This document shows positions 50,631-60,874 of a stretch of DNA of 64,000 nt, one piece after another (within the stretch, counting starts at the first letter, position 1; every line of letters begins with the position of its first letter). The translations under genes and the position numbers were made by a program. The notes beneath the pieces are model-generated. The model ran no database searches and was not told the DNA's origin. It saw nothing but the letters and a program-made list of their open reading frames with translations. Source of the DNA: Leptolyngbyaceae cyanobacterium (GTDB lineage Bacteria; Cyanobacteriota; Cyanobacteriia; Phormidesmidales; Phormidesmidaceae); contig CBDHHL010000056.1 in NCBI GenBank assembly GCA_965263355.1, positions 1,440,001 to 1,504,000 on the forward strand. The letters are read 5' to 3'.

Positions 50631-53378
50631 ATGTCAGAAATCCTATCTCAGAAGGCTTCACAGCCTCAGTCTAGCCGAAAAACATTACGACAACAGTTAC
50701 TCTCCTCATTTCTGTTGATTTCCCTGATACCTATGGGTGCTTTAGCTCTATGGAATCAGTATACAACTCGTAACGCAATATTAGAAACAGCCAATCAGTC
50801 ACTGGAATCGGCTGCCTCCCAAACAGCTACTCAGCTAGATGGATTTATGCAAGCCAACCTCAAGGTGATTGCAACAGAAAAACAATTACCTGACTTGGTC
50901 AACTACCTAGAAAAAGAAGCGCAAGGATATCTTACAGAAAAAGAAAAAGAAACTACCCTGGAGATTCTAAAAACGTTACAGAATAAAGATCCGGTTTTTA
51001 TCGCTTCCTATGCATTGTTAGATTTAGAAGGAAGTAATATTCTTGATACAAACGCAGAGCAGCAAGGTTTTTCTGAAGCCGATCACGAATATTTCAAAAC
51101 CGCCCTGGAAACTGGCGAACCTTTTGTCTCACCAGTAGAGTTTTCTTCAACGAATAACCAGCCCTATTTTTATTTCAGCCAATCAATTCGTAATCCTGCT
51201 ACCGGAAAGGTCATTGGCATTTTGCGTAGCCAATACAGTGCTGCCATATTGCAACAGATGGTTCTGGCAAATAGTGACTTAGCTGGAGAACTTTCCTTTC
51301 CAATTCTATTGGATGAAAACCATATCCGCTTAGCCCAAGCTGCTCATATTGGAAAAGAAACTGCGACAGAGCACTTATTCAAGACCCTATCACCAGCTTC
51401 ACCGGAGCGTTTGACTAAGTTACAGGCACAACGACGCCTACCGCCGTCCCAATCTTCCAATCAGCTAGCAACAGATTTATCTGATTTTGAAACTGGAATT
51501 TCTCAAGCAGAAAGCGATAAAAACTATTTTAAGGCCTATCTTACCAATCAAAATGAAACCCTCTACGCTGGTGTCGTGAAACCGATGAAGACTCAGCCTT
51601 GGATTATTGCCTTCGTTCGCCCCCAGAACCTGTTTCTGCAGCCAGTCAATCAACACACTGCCAACCTAATCGTGTTGGGCTGTCTAACAGCGGGCAGCGT
51701 GATCTTTTTAGCTATTCGACTTTCAAATGCGTTATCAACTCCAATGACTCGTTTGACGACGGCTGCTCAACAACTAGCCAAAGGAGAATGGGACGCTCAA
51801 CCATTATTGGTAACAACAGAACAGAAATCTGGAGCCAGTGAAATTACAACTCTGGCGCATACGTTTTTGCAGATGGCTACTCAGCTTCAAGAGTCATTTG
51901 CTGGATTAGAGCAACGGGTTGCCGATCGTACCAATGAACTGCAAGAGGCCAAACTGTTAGCGGACCGAGCCAACCACGCTAAAAGCGAATTTTTAGCAAA
52001 CATGAGCCATGAATTGCGTACTCCCCTCAACGGTATCCTTGGCTATGCCCAAATCCTGAGCCGATCAGAATCACTAGCGCGTAAAGAACGTGACGGGGTC
52101 AATATCATTTATCAATGTGGATCCCACTTATTAACCTTAATTAATGATGTTTTAGATATTTCTAAAATTGAGGCCCGCAAACTAGAGCTGGTAGCAACAC
52201 CACTACATCTGCCATCTTTACTTCACAGCGTTGTGGAAATGTGTCGCATCAAGGCAGATCAGAAAGGCATTGAATTCTTTTACAAGCCCAGTTCTCGTCT
52301 GCCAGAGGGGGTACTGGCTGATGAGAAGCGATTGCGACAAGTGTTGATTAACCTGTTAGGTAATGCCATTAAATTTACTGACCAAGGCTCTGTAACCCTT
52401 GGTATCGATGTTTTAGAGATATCTGACACCCAAGTCTCTCTCTTGTTTCAGGTGATCGATACTGGTGTGGGCATTACTGCAGAAGACTGTGACAAGCTTT
52501 TCCAGGCTTTTGAGCAGGTGGGTGATCAGGAAAAACAATCAGAAGGGACCGGCCTTGGCTTAGCAATTAGTCAGCGGATTGTGAATTTGATGGGCGGCAC
52601 TATTCAGGTTAAGAGTCAGCTGGGTGAGGGTAGTGAGTTTTTCTTTATTGCCGAACTGCCGTTAGCAAACGATTGGGCTAAACAGCAGTCAACTCTAAAA
52701 AGTGGCGATCGCATCATTGGCTATGACGGTAAACGCTGTCAGATCTTGGTAATCGATGACCGCTGGGAAAATCGAGCCGTGGTTCAGAATTTGCTAGAAC
52801 CCCTGGGGTTTGAAATTCTCGAAGCTGAGCACGGTCAGGCAGGGCTGGAGCTGCTGCAGACACAACAGCCCGATCTGGTGATTACAGACCTGGCGATGCC
52901 CGTCATGGATGGGTTCCGGTTTCTAGAACAGGTGCGTAACCGTGAAGACCTCAAACACACTAAAGTGATTGTTTCGTCGGCATCCGTGTCTCAGACCGAT
53001 CAACAAATGGCACTCGATGCAGGAGGGGATGACTTTTTAGCCAAGCCTGTGGATGTACCATTCTTATTCCAAACGATTGCTCAGCAGCTACAACTCACCT
53101 GGATTCATGAAACCCCAGCCGAATCTACTAGCAACTCCACCACTGTTATTACTGAACTGGTCCTACCACCGAGTGCCATCCTCGAAGCGCTGCTGAAGAC
53201 TGCTGAGACGGCAGATATAAAGTCACTACGACACCAACTTAATACATTAGTGGATGAGGAGCCAGTTTATCGTCCGTTTGCTGATACTGTCCTGCAGTTG
53301 GCTAGCCAATTTATGACTGAAGAGATTGAAGACTTAATAGAACAATATTTAAAGGATGGACTGACTCCGGTCAGGTGA
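50631..53378 (+). CDS. Hybrid sensor kinase (Cache-like-HAMP-HisKA-HATPase-REC)
   Basis: Cache-like YFKTAL...[18 protein letters not shown] domain almost identical to that of the first kinase. Confidence 0.95.
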   Translation: MSEILSQKASQPQSSRKTLRQQLLSSFLLISLIPMGALALWNQYTTRNAILETANQSLESAASQTATQLDGFMQANLKVIATEKQLPDLVNYLEKEAQGYLTEKEKETTLEILKTLQNKDPVFIASYALLDLEGSNILDTNAEQQGFSEADHEYFKTALETGEPFVSPVEFSSTNNQPYFYFSQSIRNPATGKVIGILRSQYSAAILQQMVLANSDLAGELSFPILLDENHIRLAQAAHIGKETATEHLFKTLSPASPERLTKLQAQRRLPPSQSSNQLATDLSDFETGISQAESDKNYFKAYLTNQNETLYAGVVKPMKTQPWIIAFVRPQNLFLQPVNQHTANLIVLGCLTAGSVIFLAIRLSNALSTPMTRLTTAAQQLAKGEWDAQPLLVTTEQKSGASEITTLAHTFLQMATQLQESFAGLEQRVADRTNELQEAKLLADRANHAKSEFLANMSHELRTPLNGILGYAQILSRSESLARKERDGVNIIYQCGSHLLTLINDVLDISKIEARKLELVATPLHLPSLLHSVVEMCRIKADQKGIEFFYKPSSRLPEGVLADEKRLRQVLINLLGNAIKFTDQGSVTLGIDVLEISDTQVSLLFQVIDTGVGITAEDCDKLFQAFEQVGDQEKQSEGTGLGLAISQRIVNLMGGTIQVKSQLGEGSEFFFIAELPLANDWAKQQSTLKSGDRIIGYDGKRCQILVIDDRWENRAVVQNLLEPLGFEILEAEHGQAGLELLQTQQPDLVITDLAMPVMDGFRFLEQVRNREDLKHTKVIVSSASVSQTDQQMALDAGGDDFLAKPVDVPFLFQTIAQQLQLTWIHETPAESTSNSTTVITELVLPPSAILEALLKTAETADIKSLRHQLNTLVDEEPVYRPFADTVLQLASQFMTEEIEDLIEQYLKDGLTPVR

Positions 53379-53544
53379 TATTTAACGAATAGTCAGGATT
53401 CTCGCTACGACGAGCAGCCTATAATTGCTCTTTATTTTTTTTCAGAAAAGTTGCAGTGAAAATATTAAGGTATGTTCCTCTAAGGGGAATAATGATTATA
53501 AGCACAAGCAGACTAATGTTAGGACTTTAAACCATGTTCAGGTC

Positions 53545-53582
53545 GAGCCCTTGAGTTTTCTCTGCGAAAAAATCAAGGGCTC
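53545..53582 (+). terminator. Hairpin between kinase genes
   Basis: GAGCCCTTGA...TCAAGGGCTC inverted repeat. Confidence 0.45.
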
Positions 53583-53620
53583 CGTTTAACTAAGGTTACA
53601 GCATATTTAAGGCAGAAAAC

Positions 53621-54928
53621 ATGCTAAACGGGGTGAATATTTTAGTCGTTGATGATATGCTTACCAACTTAGAGATCGTTACAGATACGTTAACGTCTCA
53701 AGGGTATACAGTGGCTACGGCAATCAGCGGTGAGCGAGCCCTAAAACGCCTGCAAAAAAATATCCCAGGCCTGATTTTGCTAGATGTGCAGATGCCAGGA
53801 ATTGATGGGTTTGAAACCTGTCGTCAAATTAAGGAAAATCCAGACCTGGCCCATATTCCCATTATTTTCTTAACAGCGATGACCGATACAGACAGTGTCA
53901 TCAAAGGGTTCTCGCTGGGCGCAGTTGACTATATTACGAAACCTTTTCGTGAGGCAGAGCTACTTGCACGGGTAAAGACACATCTTAATCTCCAAGCTTT
54001 GACCCAGCATTTGGAAGACCAGGTTGTTGAGCGCACCTCTAAACTGCAACACGCATTGGAACAATTAGAACGCTCTAAAGTACAACTGATACAACAGGAA
54101 AAAATGTCTGCTTTGGGGCAATTGGTTGCAGGTGTAGCCCATGAAATTAATAATCCTGTTAACTTTATTCATGGCAATCTGCCCCATGTAAAAGAACATG
54201 CTCACAATTTACTTGCCTTTGTAAATCTATATCAGAAGCTATACCCAGAGCCAAGGCAGGAAATTGAGGATGTAGCAGAGGAATTGGATATAGGGTTTGT
54301 CAAAAGCGATCTCCCTAACATTCTAGATTCCATGAAAATAGGGACTGAACGAATTCGCCAAATTGTGTTGTCACTTCGCAACTTTTCACGCATCGATGAA
54401 GCTGATTTCAAAGCTGTTGATATTCATCATGGGATTGACAGTACGCTGATGATTTTGCAACTGCGACTGAAAGCGAAGCCAGAACGTCCAGCGATTCAAG
54501 TTATTCGTGATTATAGTAATCTACCTCAAGTAGACTGCTATCCAGGGCAACTTAACCAAGTGTTTATGAATATCTTCGCCAATGCGATTGATGCATTGGA
54601 AGCAGCTAGTGCCTGTAAAACTTTTCAAGAAATTAATAGAAGTCCTAATCAGATCACCATTCGGACATCAGTGCTCAATTCACAATGGATAAAGATTTCA
54701 ATCTCAGACAACGGAATAGGTATGCCTAAGTCTGTTCAAACTCGTATCTTTGAACCTTTCTTTACAACCAAACCTGTTGGACAGGGAACAGGTATGGGAC
54801 TGTCCATCAGCTATCAGATTATCACTGAGCAACATTTTGGTAAGTTAGATTGCGTCTCAATACCTGATGAGGGCACAGAGTTCATGATTCAAATTCCTGT
54901 TTCGCAATCAAGTACTAAAGTATCCTAG
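53621..54928 (+). CDS. REC-HisKA-HATPase hybrid kinase/response regulator
   Basis: ILVVDD, LLDVQMP, DYITKPF, GVAHEINNP, FFTTKPVGQGTGMGL. Confidence 0.95.
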   Translation: MLNGVNILVVDDMLTNLEIVTDTLTSQGYTVATAISGERALKRLQKNIPGLILLDVQMPGIDGFETCRQIKENPDLAHIPIIFLTAMTDTDSVIKGFSLGAVDYITKPFREAELLARVKTHLNLQALTQHLEDQVVERTSKLQHALEQLERSKVQLIQQEKMSALGQLVAGVAHEINNPVNFIHGNLPHVKEHAHNLLAFVNLYQKLYPEPRQEIEDVAEELDIGFVKSDLPNILDSMKIGTERIRQIVLSLRNFSRIDEADFKAVDIHHGIDSTLMILQLRLKAKPERPAIQVIRDYSNLPQVDCYPGQLNQVFMNIFANAIDALEAASACKTFQEINRSPNQITIRTSVLNSQWIKISISDNGIGMPKSVQTRIFEPFFTTKPVGQGTGMGLSISYQIITEQHFGKLDCVSIPDEGTEFMIQIPVSQSSTKVS

Positions 54929-55100
54929 CAAACCGGTTTATCGCTGACTTAAGCTTGAGCACGCTTGACGACTAAGCTCCTGGTCAATACCTGCTCTACT
55001 AGAATTCCTTGCTGGACTTCGATAACTAAATAGTAGTTAGAGTTAGAGTTTATCTGAGACTGATTGGGGGGTCTTTAAATTTTTCATTCCCTTATGAGGC

Positions 55101-55116
55101 TGTGATCTCACTCACA
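55101..55116. promoter_or_regulatory. CRP-type binding site
   Basis: TGTGA-TCTCAC-TCACA perfect consensus; paralogous site TGTGA-TCATCG-ACACA at 55389-55404. Confidence 0.65.
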
Positions 55117-55148
55117 AACTAAGAAAAATTGATGGCTATAGTAAGGGA

Positions 55149-55290
55149 GTTCGAGATTACAACTTAACTACACCCGTGTAAATCACACTGGAGTAGCGTA
55201 GTCTCATAGACAACACCCTCTATAATTTAACTCTCTATATCTAAACCGAAGCCCTCCATGCGCATTAGTGTTTGGGGGGCTTCTTATATT
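55149..55290 (+). ncRNA. Candidate sRNA, unit 1 (ends approximate)
   Basis: Follows the CRP box and TATAGT -10; shares CTCATAGACAA and TATATCTAAACC blocks with unit 2; ends in a GC hairpin. Confidence 0.4.
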
Positions 55291-55436
55291 CAAGAGAAAT
55301 CAGCGTCGTCAGGAAAAATTAGTAGTCTCTATTAATAACACTATATTTCGTTCTAAGTTCTGACATCCAGCGTAAAGAGTCCCCATGCTGTGATCATCGA
55401 CACACTCTAAGAAAAATTGACGCTTATGTAAGCAGA

Positions 55437-55627
55437 CATTAGGGTTACGTTCTCAGGAGATGTACTTACCTCATCTCAGCGTATGGTGAACTCATAGACA
55501 AAAACGCTATTGCATAACTTCCTATCACGAACCCTATACCTAAGTAGACAGAATACTGTATTACTTAACCCCTTATATCTAAACCAAAGTCCCGATAATC
55601 GTTAGCGGTTACCGGGACTTCATATAT
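55437..55627 (+). ncRNA. Candidate sRNA, unit 2 (ends approximate)
   Basis: Same layout; hairpin AAGTCCCG...CGGGACTT. Confidence 0.4.
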
Positions 55628-55939
55628 GGCACATAACCCTATCATTACATGAGTGCCCATTGCAGACTCCGCTAATCACCCCTGAGTTCCTACTTCTGTA
55701 ATCTAGATGCCTATCTAACCATAATTTTCCGGCTTAAGTTCGGACCTTTTTTAGCTAAGAATTTTCCAAATCTGGAAACATTATAATCATGACATAGTAA
55801 ACGGTGAGCAGCAACACAACAGAATGGAATGAAGATCACAAAACTCTCATTGGAATTGATTGCGAGACGATTGTTTCTATTGATAACAATTTAATTCCCT
55901 CTCTCGCCTCTACTAACATGGTAGAGGCTTTTTCTTAAA

Positions 55940-57535
55940 CTATGCCTCAAACTGCCAACGAGCCATTAACTCTCGTAACCGATAGAATGCCTCTTTAGGA
56001 CGCAGCTTTTCGTCAAGCAACCCACCAAATGGCCAAAATACCCCTGCTTGGTCTGAAAAATCCCACCAAGAAACAGCTTGAATTGCAGGCTTACTATAGC
56101 AAAGGGTATAAAACTGCTCTAACCAATCGGCCTGAATCTCTTCACTCCAGGGAGCATGCCAGAGACCTCGCGTTTCCTTCAGAAAAGAATCCTCATCGGT
56201 ACCCGTTGCTGACGACACGCCTAGCTCAGTGATGTGAATCGGTTTACCCAACTGACTAAACCGATCTAAGAGACGATCAATTTCAAACATATCTTGCTGC
56301 GGATAGTAGAGCTGTAAGCCAATGATCTCGAAGGGAATCTCGGCTGCCAGACAAGCTTTAAGATATTGATAAGGGCTCCTTGATGGCCAATTCGTATCAT
56401 AGGCAACTCGCTCAGCCCAGGGACAACAACTATTGAGAAGTCGTTTTACCTCAGGAAAACCAGCTGCAGCAGCGCGCACGGCAACATTAGTAATTTCCAG
56501 AAATTGTTCAGGAGAGTAACCCAACTGATTAGCAAAACGGATACCGTTTCCCTCATTAACAACATCGTAATAGGGAATGCGGCTTTGGTAGTGAGCTGTA
56601 ATATCTCTTACCCGTCGCTGGATATGGTCAAGCACTACATTATAAGGTTTAGGGCGCAACCAGTTGGGGATACCAATTTCATGAAACCAGACTAGGGGGT
56701 GCCCCTTAGGTATAATACTGGCCTGCGATAACCACTTAACAGCATCATTCACTTTCCCATAGTTAGGTTTGCCTGCTTCAGCTTCAACCTGTCGCCAATA
56801 AAAGGGTACGGTGGCAAAGTTAAACAATTCCTGAAAACGATGGTTGTACTTATCACCTGCCTGGGGATAGCGAAAAAAGTTACACCCCCATAGAAAATCT
56901 GGCCGTAATGGCTGATATTGAATTTGTTGTTGAGCCTTAGCAACAGCAGCTTCTTCCCCTGCCCATAAACTTTCCACCAATGATTCATTACACCAACTGG
57001 CCATAGCAAAATCAGTATCGGCAGACTCTGCCTTTTGTAAGGCAGTTCTGGCTTTACCTAAACGTGCCTCAATCTTGTGGGAAAATAAAAAGCCACTGGT
57101 TTGCCAATGCTGTAGAGTATTTTTAACCCGATGTAGACGCGACTGGGCAAATGCCAGATTAAGATTTAGGGGGCAATTTTCTGGGGTATAGCCTAATCCC
57201 TGATTATCGGCATATAACGTGACTTCACCAAAGCCTTTTACCGGCAAGCGTAGGGCCACCATAAAAGGGATCGTAGCTGGCGGTTCGGACCATAGACTAC
57301 CTGTCTCAACCTGGCGCATTGGATTGGGTAAAGGCTCGTCCTGCAAATCTAAAAAATACAGCTGATTAAAGGTCTTAGTCCCTAAGGGATGACCGTCTGG
57401 TAACCAGGCCTGAAATAAACAGTTATTGCTCTCAGATGGCAATCTTTGTGCGCTTGAAGAAAGGGTGGTTGCTACCATGGCGATACCACCAGTCAACTGT
57501 AAAAAAGTTCGTCGTTCCATAGTCATTGCTCTCAT
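55940..57535 (-). CDS. GH10 glycoside hydrolase (xylanase-like) with Tat signal
   Basis: ERRTFLQ; KGHPLVW; YDVVNEG (acid/base Glu); IHITELGV (nucleophile Glu). Confidence 0.88.
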   Translation of the reverse strand: MRAMTMERRTFLQLTGGIAMVATTLSSSAQRLPSESNNCLFQAWLPDGHPLGTKTFNQLYFLDLQDEPLPNPMRQVETGSLWSEPPATIPFMVALRLPVKGFGEVTLYADNQGLGYTPENCPLNLNLAFAQSRLHRVKNTLQHWQTSGFLFSHKIEARLGKARTALQKAESADTDFAMASWCNESLVESLWAGEEAAVAKAQQQIQYQPLRPDFLWGCNFFRYPQAGDKYNHRFQELFNFATVPFYWRQVEAEAGKPNYGKVNDAVKWLSQASIIPKGHPLVWFHEIGIPNWLRPKPYNVVLDHIQRRVRDITAHYQSRIPYYDVVNEGNGIRFANQLGYSPEQFLEITNVAVRAAAAGFPEVKRLLNSCCPWAERVAYDTNWPSRSPYQYLKACLAAEIPFEIIGLQLYYPQQDMFEIDRLLDRFSQLGKPIHITELGVSSATGTDEDSFLKETRGLWHAPWSEEIQADWLEQFYTLCYSKPAIQAVSWWDFSDQAGVFWPFGGLLDEKLRPKEAFYRLRELMARWQFEA

Positions 57536-57900
57536 CTCTCTCCTAATCTTTTAGACAGCACAAACCACACCCCTGGCCTCAATGTCAGGTTTTTTTTAAG
57601 CCACCAGGATAACTCACAGAGAGTGCCCTGACTCGGTAAAGATTCGCGGCGAAACTGCCCCTCAAGACGTTGCACTAATGTAGGCCGCTGACCAGCCATT
57701 AGCATAGAAACAGGTGTTTGTAGACCGCAACCGTTATCCTGAACAGTCAAAAAATAGTACTCGTCAGACAGTTTCCCAATCGCTTTGATACGAGTTGTCC
57801 CCACGACATGTTTACCTCGGTGCAACGGTCGGTGCAATGGATTCAGAATAAACTTCAAGTGATAGCAATTCTGGCAGGTCCACAGGGGGTGACGAAGTTT
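57532..57900 (-). pseudogene. C-terminal remnant of a sensor histidine kinase
   Basis: GKHVVGTTRI...TVQDNGCG...LEGQFRRE...GTLCELSW HATPase tail; 5' part absent. Confidence 0.6.
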
Positions 57901-58043
57901 TTACAGACGTGTAAAGAACAGGATCTAGCCAGTCTGGCGTGTGTTGATTGGGCTAGGGGGAAGTCTCTCTACTGAGTTTGATGTGGAAGATGCAGTTTAC
58001 CCGATATTTCAAACGCGATTGCCCCGAATGGGGCTACTAAACC

Positions 58044-58548
58044 GGCACTGGTTCCGCATGACGGGATTCCGTAAAGCCTCTTTATACATAGCTTAGGGGA
58101 TAATAGACTCACTAAAACGAATGTGTCTATCTGGGGTGTTATGGACCTACTATTATCGCATCGGTGTCCATTGTGTGGGGAAGAAGAATCGGTTCAGGTT
58201 CATAGTCGGTATCCCACGAAGAGCAATGGTATGCGAACAATCTATCGTTGCCGTTATTGTGACATCTACTACAGTGAAACCTTTGGTAGTGCGGACGACG
58301 TAATGCGGCCTTTCGGCGTAAAACCAATCCCTATGCGAAAGCTCAAAAGCATTTGCAACGAACCTTGGAGGTCTTTTGGTTAATCCACAACTTTGTGCGG
58401 GTCCATTTCACCACCAAACAGGTACCTGCTGTCCGCATAGGGATTTTGGAAAAGGGACTCTCATGGTCACAGTTGTTATCGATTCGATATGCTGTTTAAC
58501 TATTATCACGCAAAGGATATAGACTTCCCATCTGACGGAACCAGTGTC
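58044..58548 (+). mobile_element. Internally deleted IS1-family element
   Basis: TIRs GGCACTGGTTCCGCATGACGGGA and TCCCATCTGACGGAACCAGTGTC; Zn-finger CPLC..CRYC joined out of frame to C-terminal RRNAAFRRKTNPYAK...HNFVRVH. Confidence 0.85.
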
Positions 58549-58553
58549 GGCTC

Positions 58554-58772
58554 AGAGTTGTTGCTAATAAAGATTGTCTTGATAACAATCCTGCGGCTAG
58601 GCGTTGGTTTGAACTAGTTCAAGTATCGGTTGCAGTCATGAACAAGCAAAGCTTACAGGTTTATGAAGGGGCTGATAGTGAAGAAGAGGTTATCCGCTAG
58701 GTTCAGGAGTGGACTGTAGCTAATCAAGACCTGCTTGATAGTTAGTTGGCTGATGCAAAAATAGCTTTTTAG
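58554..58772 (+). pseudogene. C-terminal remnant of a ProX-like glycine betaine/proline-binding protein
   Basis: RVVANKDCLDNNPAARRWFELVQV...EGADSEEEVIR*VQEWTVANQDLLDS*LADAK with two in-frame stops. Confidence 0.65.
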
Positions 58773-59829
58773 AAGAGATAGATCTTCAGTATTTAGAACA
58801 TGCCTTCATTCATTGTTGTCACTCTGTTTACCCATTTGAATGACAAACACGTGGTATGTATGACTGGGTATTACTGCGGGAAAGGAGACTCTAACGTAGA
58901 CATAGTGATTGACCTTATTTGATGCCTGTGCATGTTCTTTAATAAGGTTTTTGACAAGTCACTTGAGGTTGTTGAAATGTAAGGTTTTTTTGAAGAATCA
59001 GCTACACATTAAAAAGCTACTGTAAACAGTTCATACTTTACATACATTTTTTCACAGCGATGTTTTATCTATCTTGCATACCTAATAATTAGGTTTATTA
59101 CTTAGGATAATTAGGTCTATTACGTAGAAAGAAGTATGTGCTTCATCTGATATATTCAGCAAATGTATACACATTGTGAAAGCATTGTGAAAGTCATCAG
59201 CGTGTATCTAGCTATCGGGAGGTGAGTCTGTCGTAATGAGTGATTTGGCAATACTAAATGCGTAAAAATGCGGCTTAAGTTAAGCATCTTTGAAGCCTAA
59301 GCTGCTTAACTTAAGGGCCCTCAATGATTGCACCTGGCAAATGCACAAGCCACACTAAACTGCAACCGTTATATAGTTGAATTTATTGGTTTTGTAATAG
59401 GAAACTATTTTTAGAAATTCGAAGTCTATAAATCAAACAGGTCAGTTATCAATACAGTGTTTTTTCGGTTTTTTCGTAAAGGCTGTTTGATTGTGGCAGT
59501 AGTAATAACGATGACAGTGTGGAAGCGCTTATCTGGTCATGTTTGGGGACTATATTGATTCTGCTAATTGGGTACTAGAGGGCTCGTCTCATCGGTTCTT
59601 TATTATCTGATTAAGTTTAGTCGATGAGTTAGGGCCAGCCACGGAGAGGGGATAGCTTCGGTGGTATAACACTATAAGAATAGTTGTTCAAGTGTTATCT
59701 CCTTTCACTGTCAGTCTTTTGGTTGATAGGTAGGTTGTTTCTTTTGTAGAACATTGAATGACGCTTCTTGTCTTCAGCCTTAGTTGTGAGTGTTTTGTAT
59801 TAGTAGTAAGGTAGCCTTCTAGAAAAATC

Positions 59830-60672
59830 ATGCAATACCAAGCATCAGTCGTCTCTTCAGGCCAAAAAATAAAGGAATCCTATTCAAGTTTATCGACTCT
59901 GGCTACCAGCAAAGCTGCTACAGTCAATATTCTGGATGTTGAAATTGACAACCTTACTCGAGAAGAGCTGTTAGCGCGTTTAGATGCCGATGGTGGAGTT
60001 GTTGTGACTCCTAATGTAGATCATTTGATGAAGCTTCAGCATGATGCGGAGTTTCGTGAGGTGTATGATGCTGTCGACTTTCGTGTCTGCGACAGTAAAA
60101 TCTTGATGTACGCAGCACAGTTTTTGGGCACGCCAATTTGTGATAAGATCTCGGGCTCTGATTTATTGCCCTGGTTCTGTGATTACCATCGCAACAATCC
60201 TGAAGTCAAAATTTATATGCTGGGTGCGGCTCCTGGAGTTGCCAAGCTAGCTCAACAGCGCATTAATCAGCGAATTGGTCGCGAGATTATTGTTGAGGCG
60301 CACTCGCCCACATACGGCTTTGAGAAAAGTCCTGAAGAATGTGAAGCAATTGTGGACCATATTCGTGCTTCATCCGCTAATGTACTTGTGGTTGGTGTTG
60401 GAGCACCCAAACAGGAGAAGTGGATTGTCAAGCACAGAGAGAAGCTACCCAACATTAAAACGTTTTTGGCAGTTGGTGCAGCGATTGACTTTGAGGCCGG
60501 TCATAAGCCTCGTTCTCCTGAGTTTGTCACTGACCTTGGTTTGGAGTGGCTATATAGAACCATGTCTGAGCCCAAACGGTTGTGGAAGCGTTATTTGATT
60601 GAAGATATGCCTTTCTTCGGCTTAGTGTTTCAGCAGTGGTTGGCTGCTAGAAAGTCTGGCAAATCAGCATAA
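59830..60672 (+). CDS. WecB/TagA/CpsF-family glycosyltransferase
   Basis: VTPNVDH, ISGSDL, VGVGAPKQEKW, VGAAIDF, GLEWLYR..EPKRLWKRY. Confidence 0.95.
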   Translation: MQYQASVVSSGQKIKESYSSLSTLATSKAATVNILDVEIDNLTREELLARLDADGGVVVTPNVDHLMKLQHDAEFREVYDAVDFRVCDSKILMYAAQFLGTPICDKISGSDLLPWFCDYHRNNPEVKIYMLGAAPGVAKLAQQRINQRIGREIIVEAHSPTYGFEKSPEECEAIVDHIRASSANVLVVGVGAPKQEKWIVKHREKLPNIKTFLAVGAAIDFEAGHKPRSPEFVTDLGLEWLYRTMSEPKRLWKRYLIEDMPFFGLVFQQWLAARKSGKSA

Positions 60673-60740
60673 GACTTGGGCATCTGGTAGTTTGAAGGCT
60701 ACAACTATCTGCTGGCGAAGTCCACAAGCTATTACTATCG

Positions 60741-60777
60741 GAGCCCTTGGATGTTTTAATCATCTGGGGGCTTTTTT
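60741..60777 (+). terminator. Rho-independent terminator
   Basis: AGCCCTTGGATG...CATCTGGGGGCT followed by a T run. Confidence 0.65.
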
Positions 60778-60874
60778 AAGTTAAGTCCTGCTTAAAAACG
60801 ACATCCCCCATGGGATGACAGGGGACAGTTAAACAAGGAACCTTACCGTTCCCTTTGTATTCTTTGCATTGGCT

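Noticed and set aside
55456..55490. 9-codon peptide MYLPHLSVW after AGGAG
   Set aside because: The RBS abuts the ATG with no spacer, and unit 1 has no equivalent
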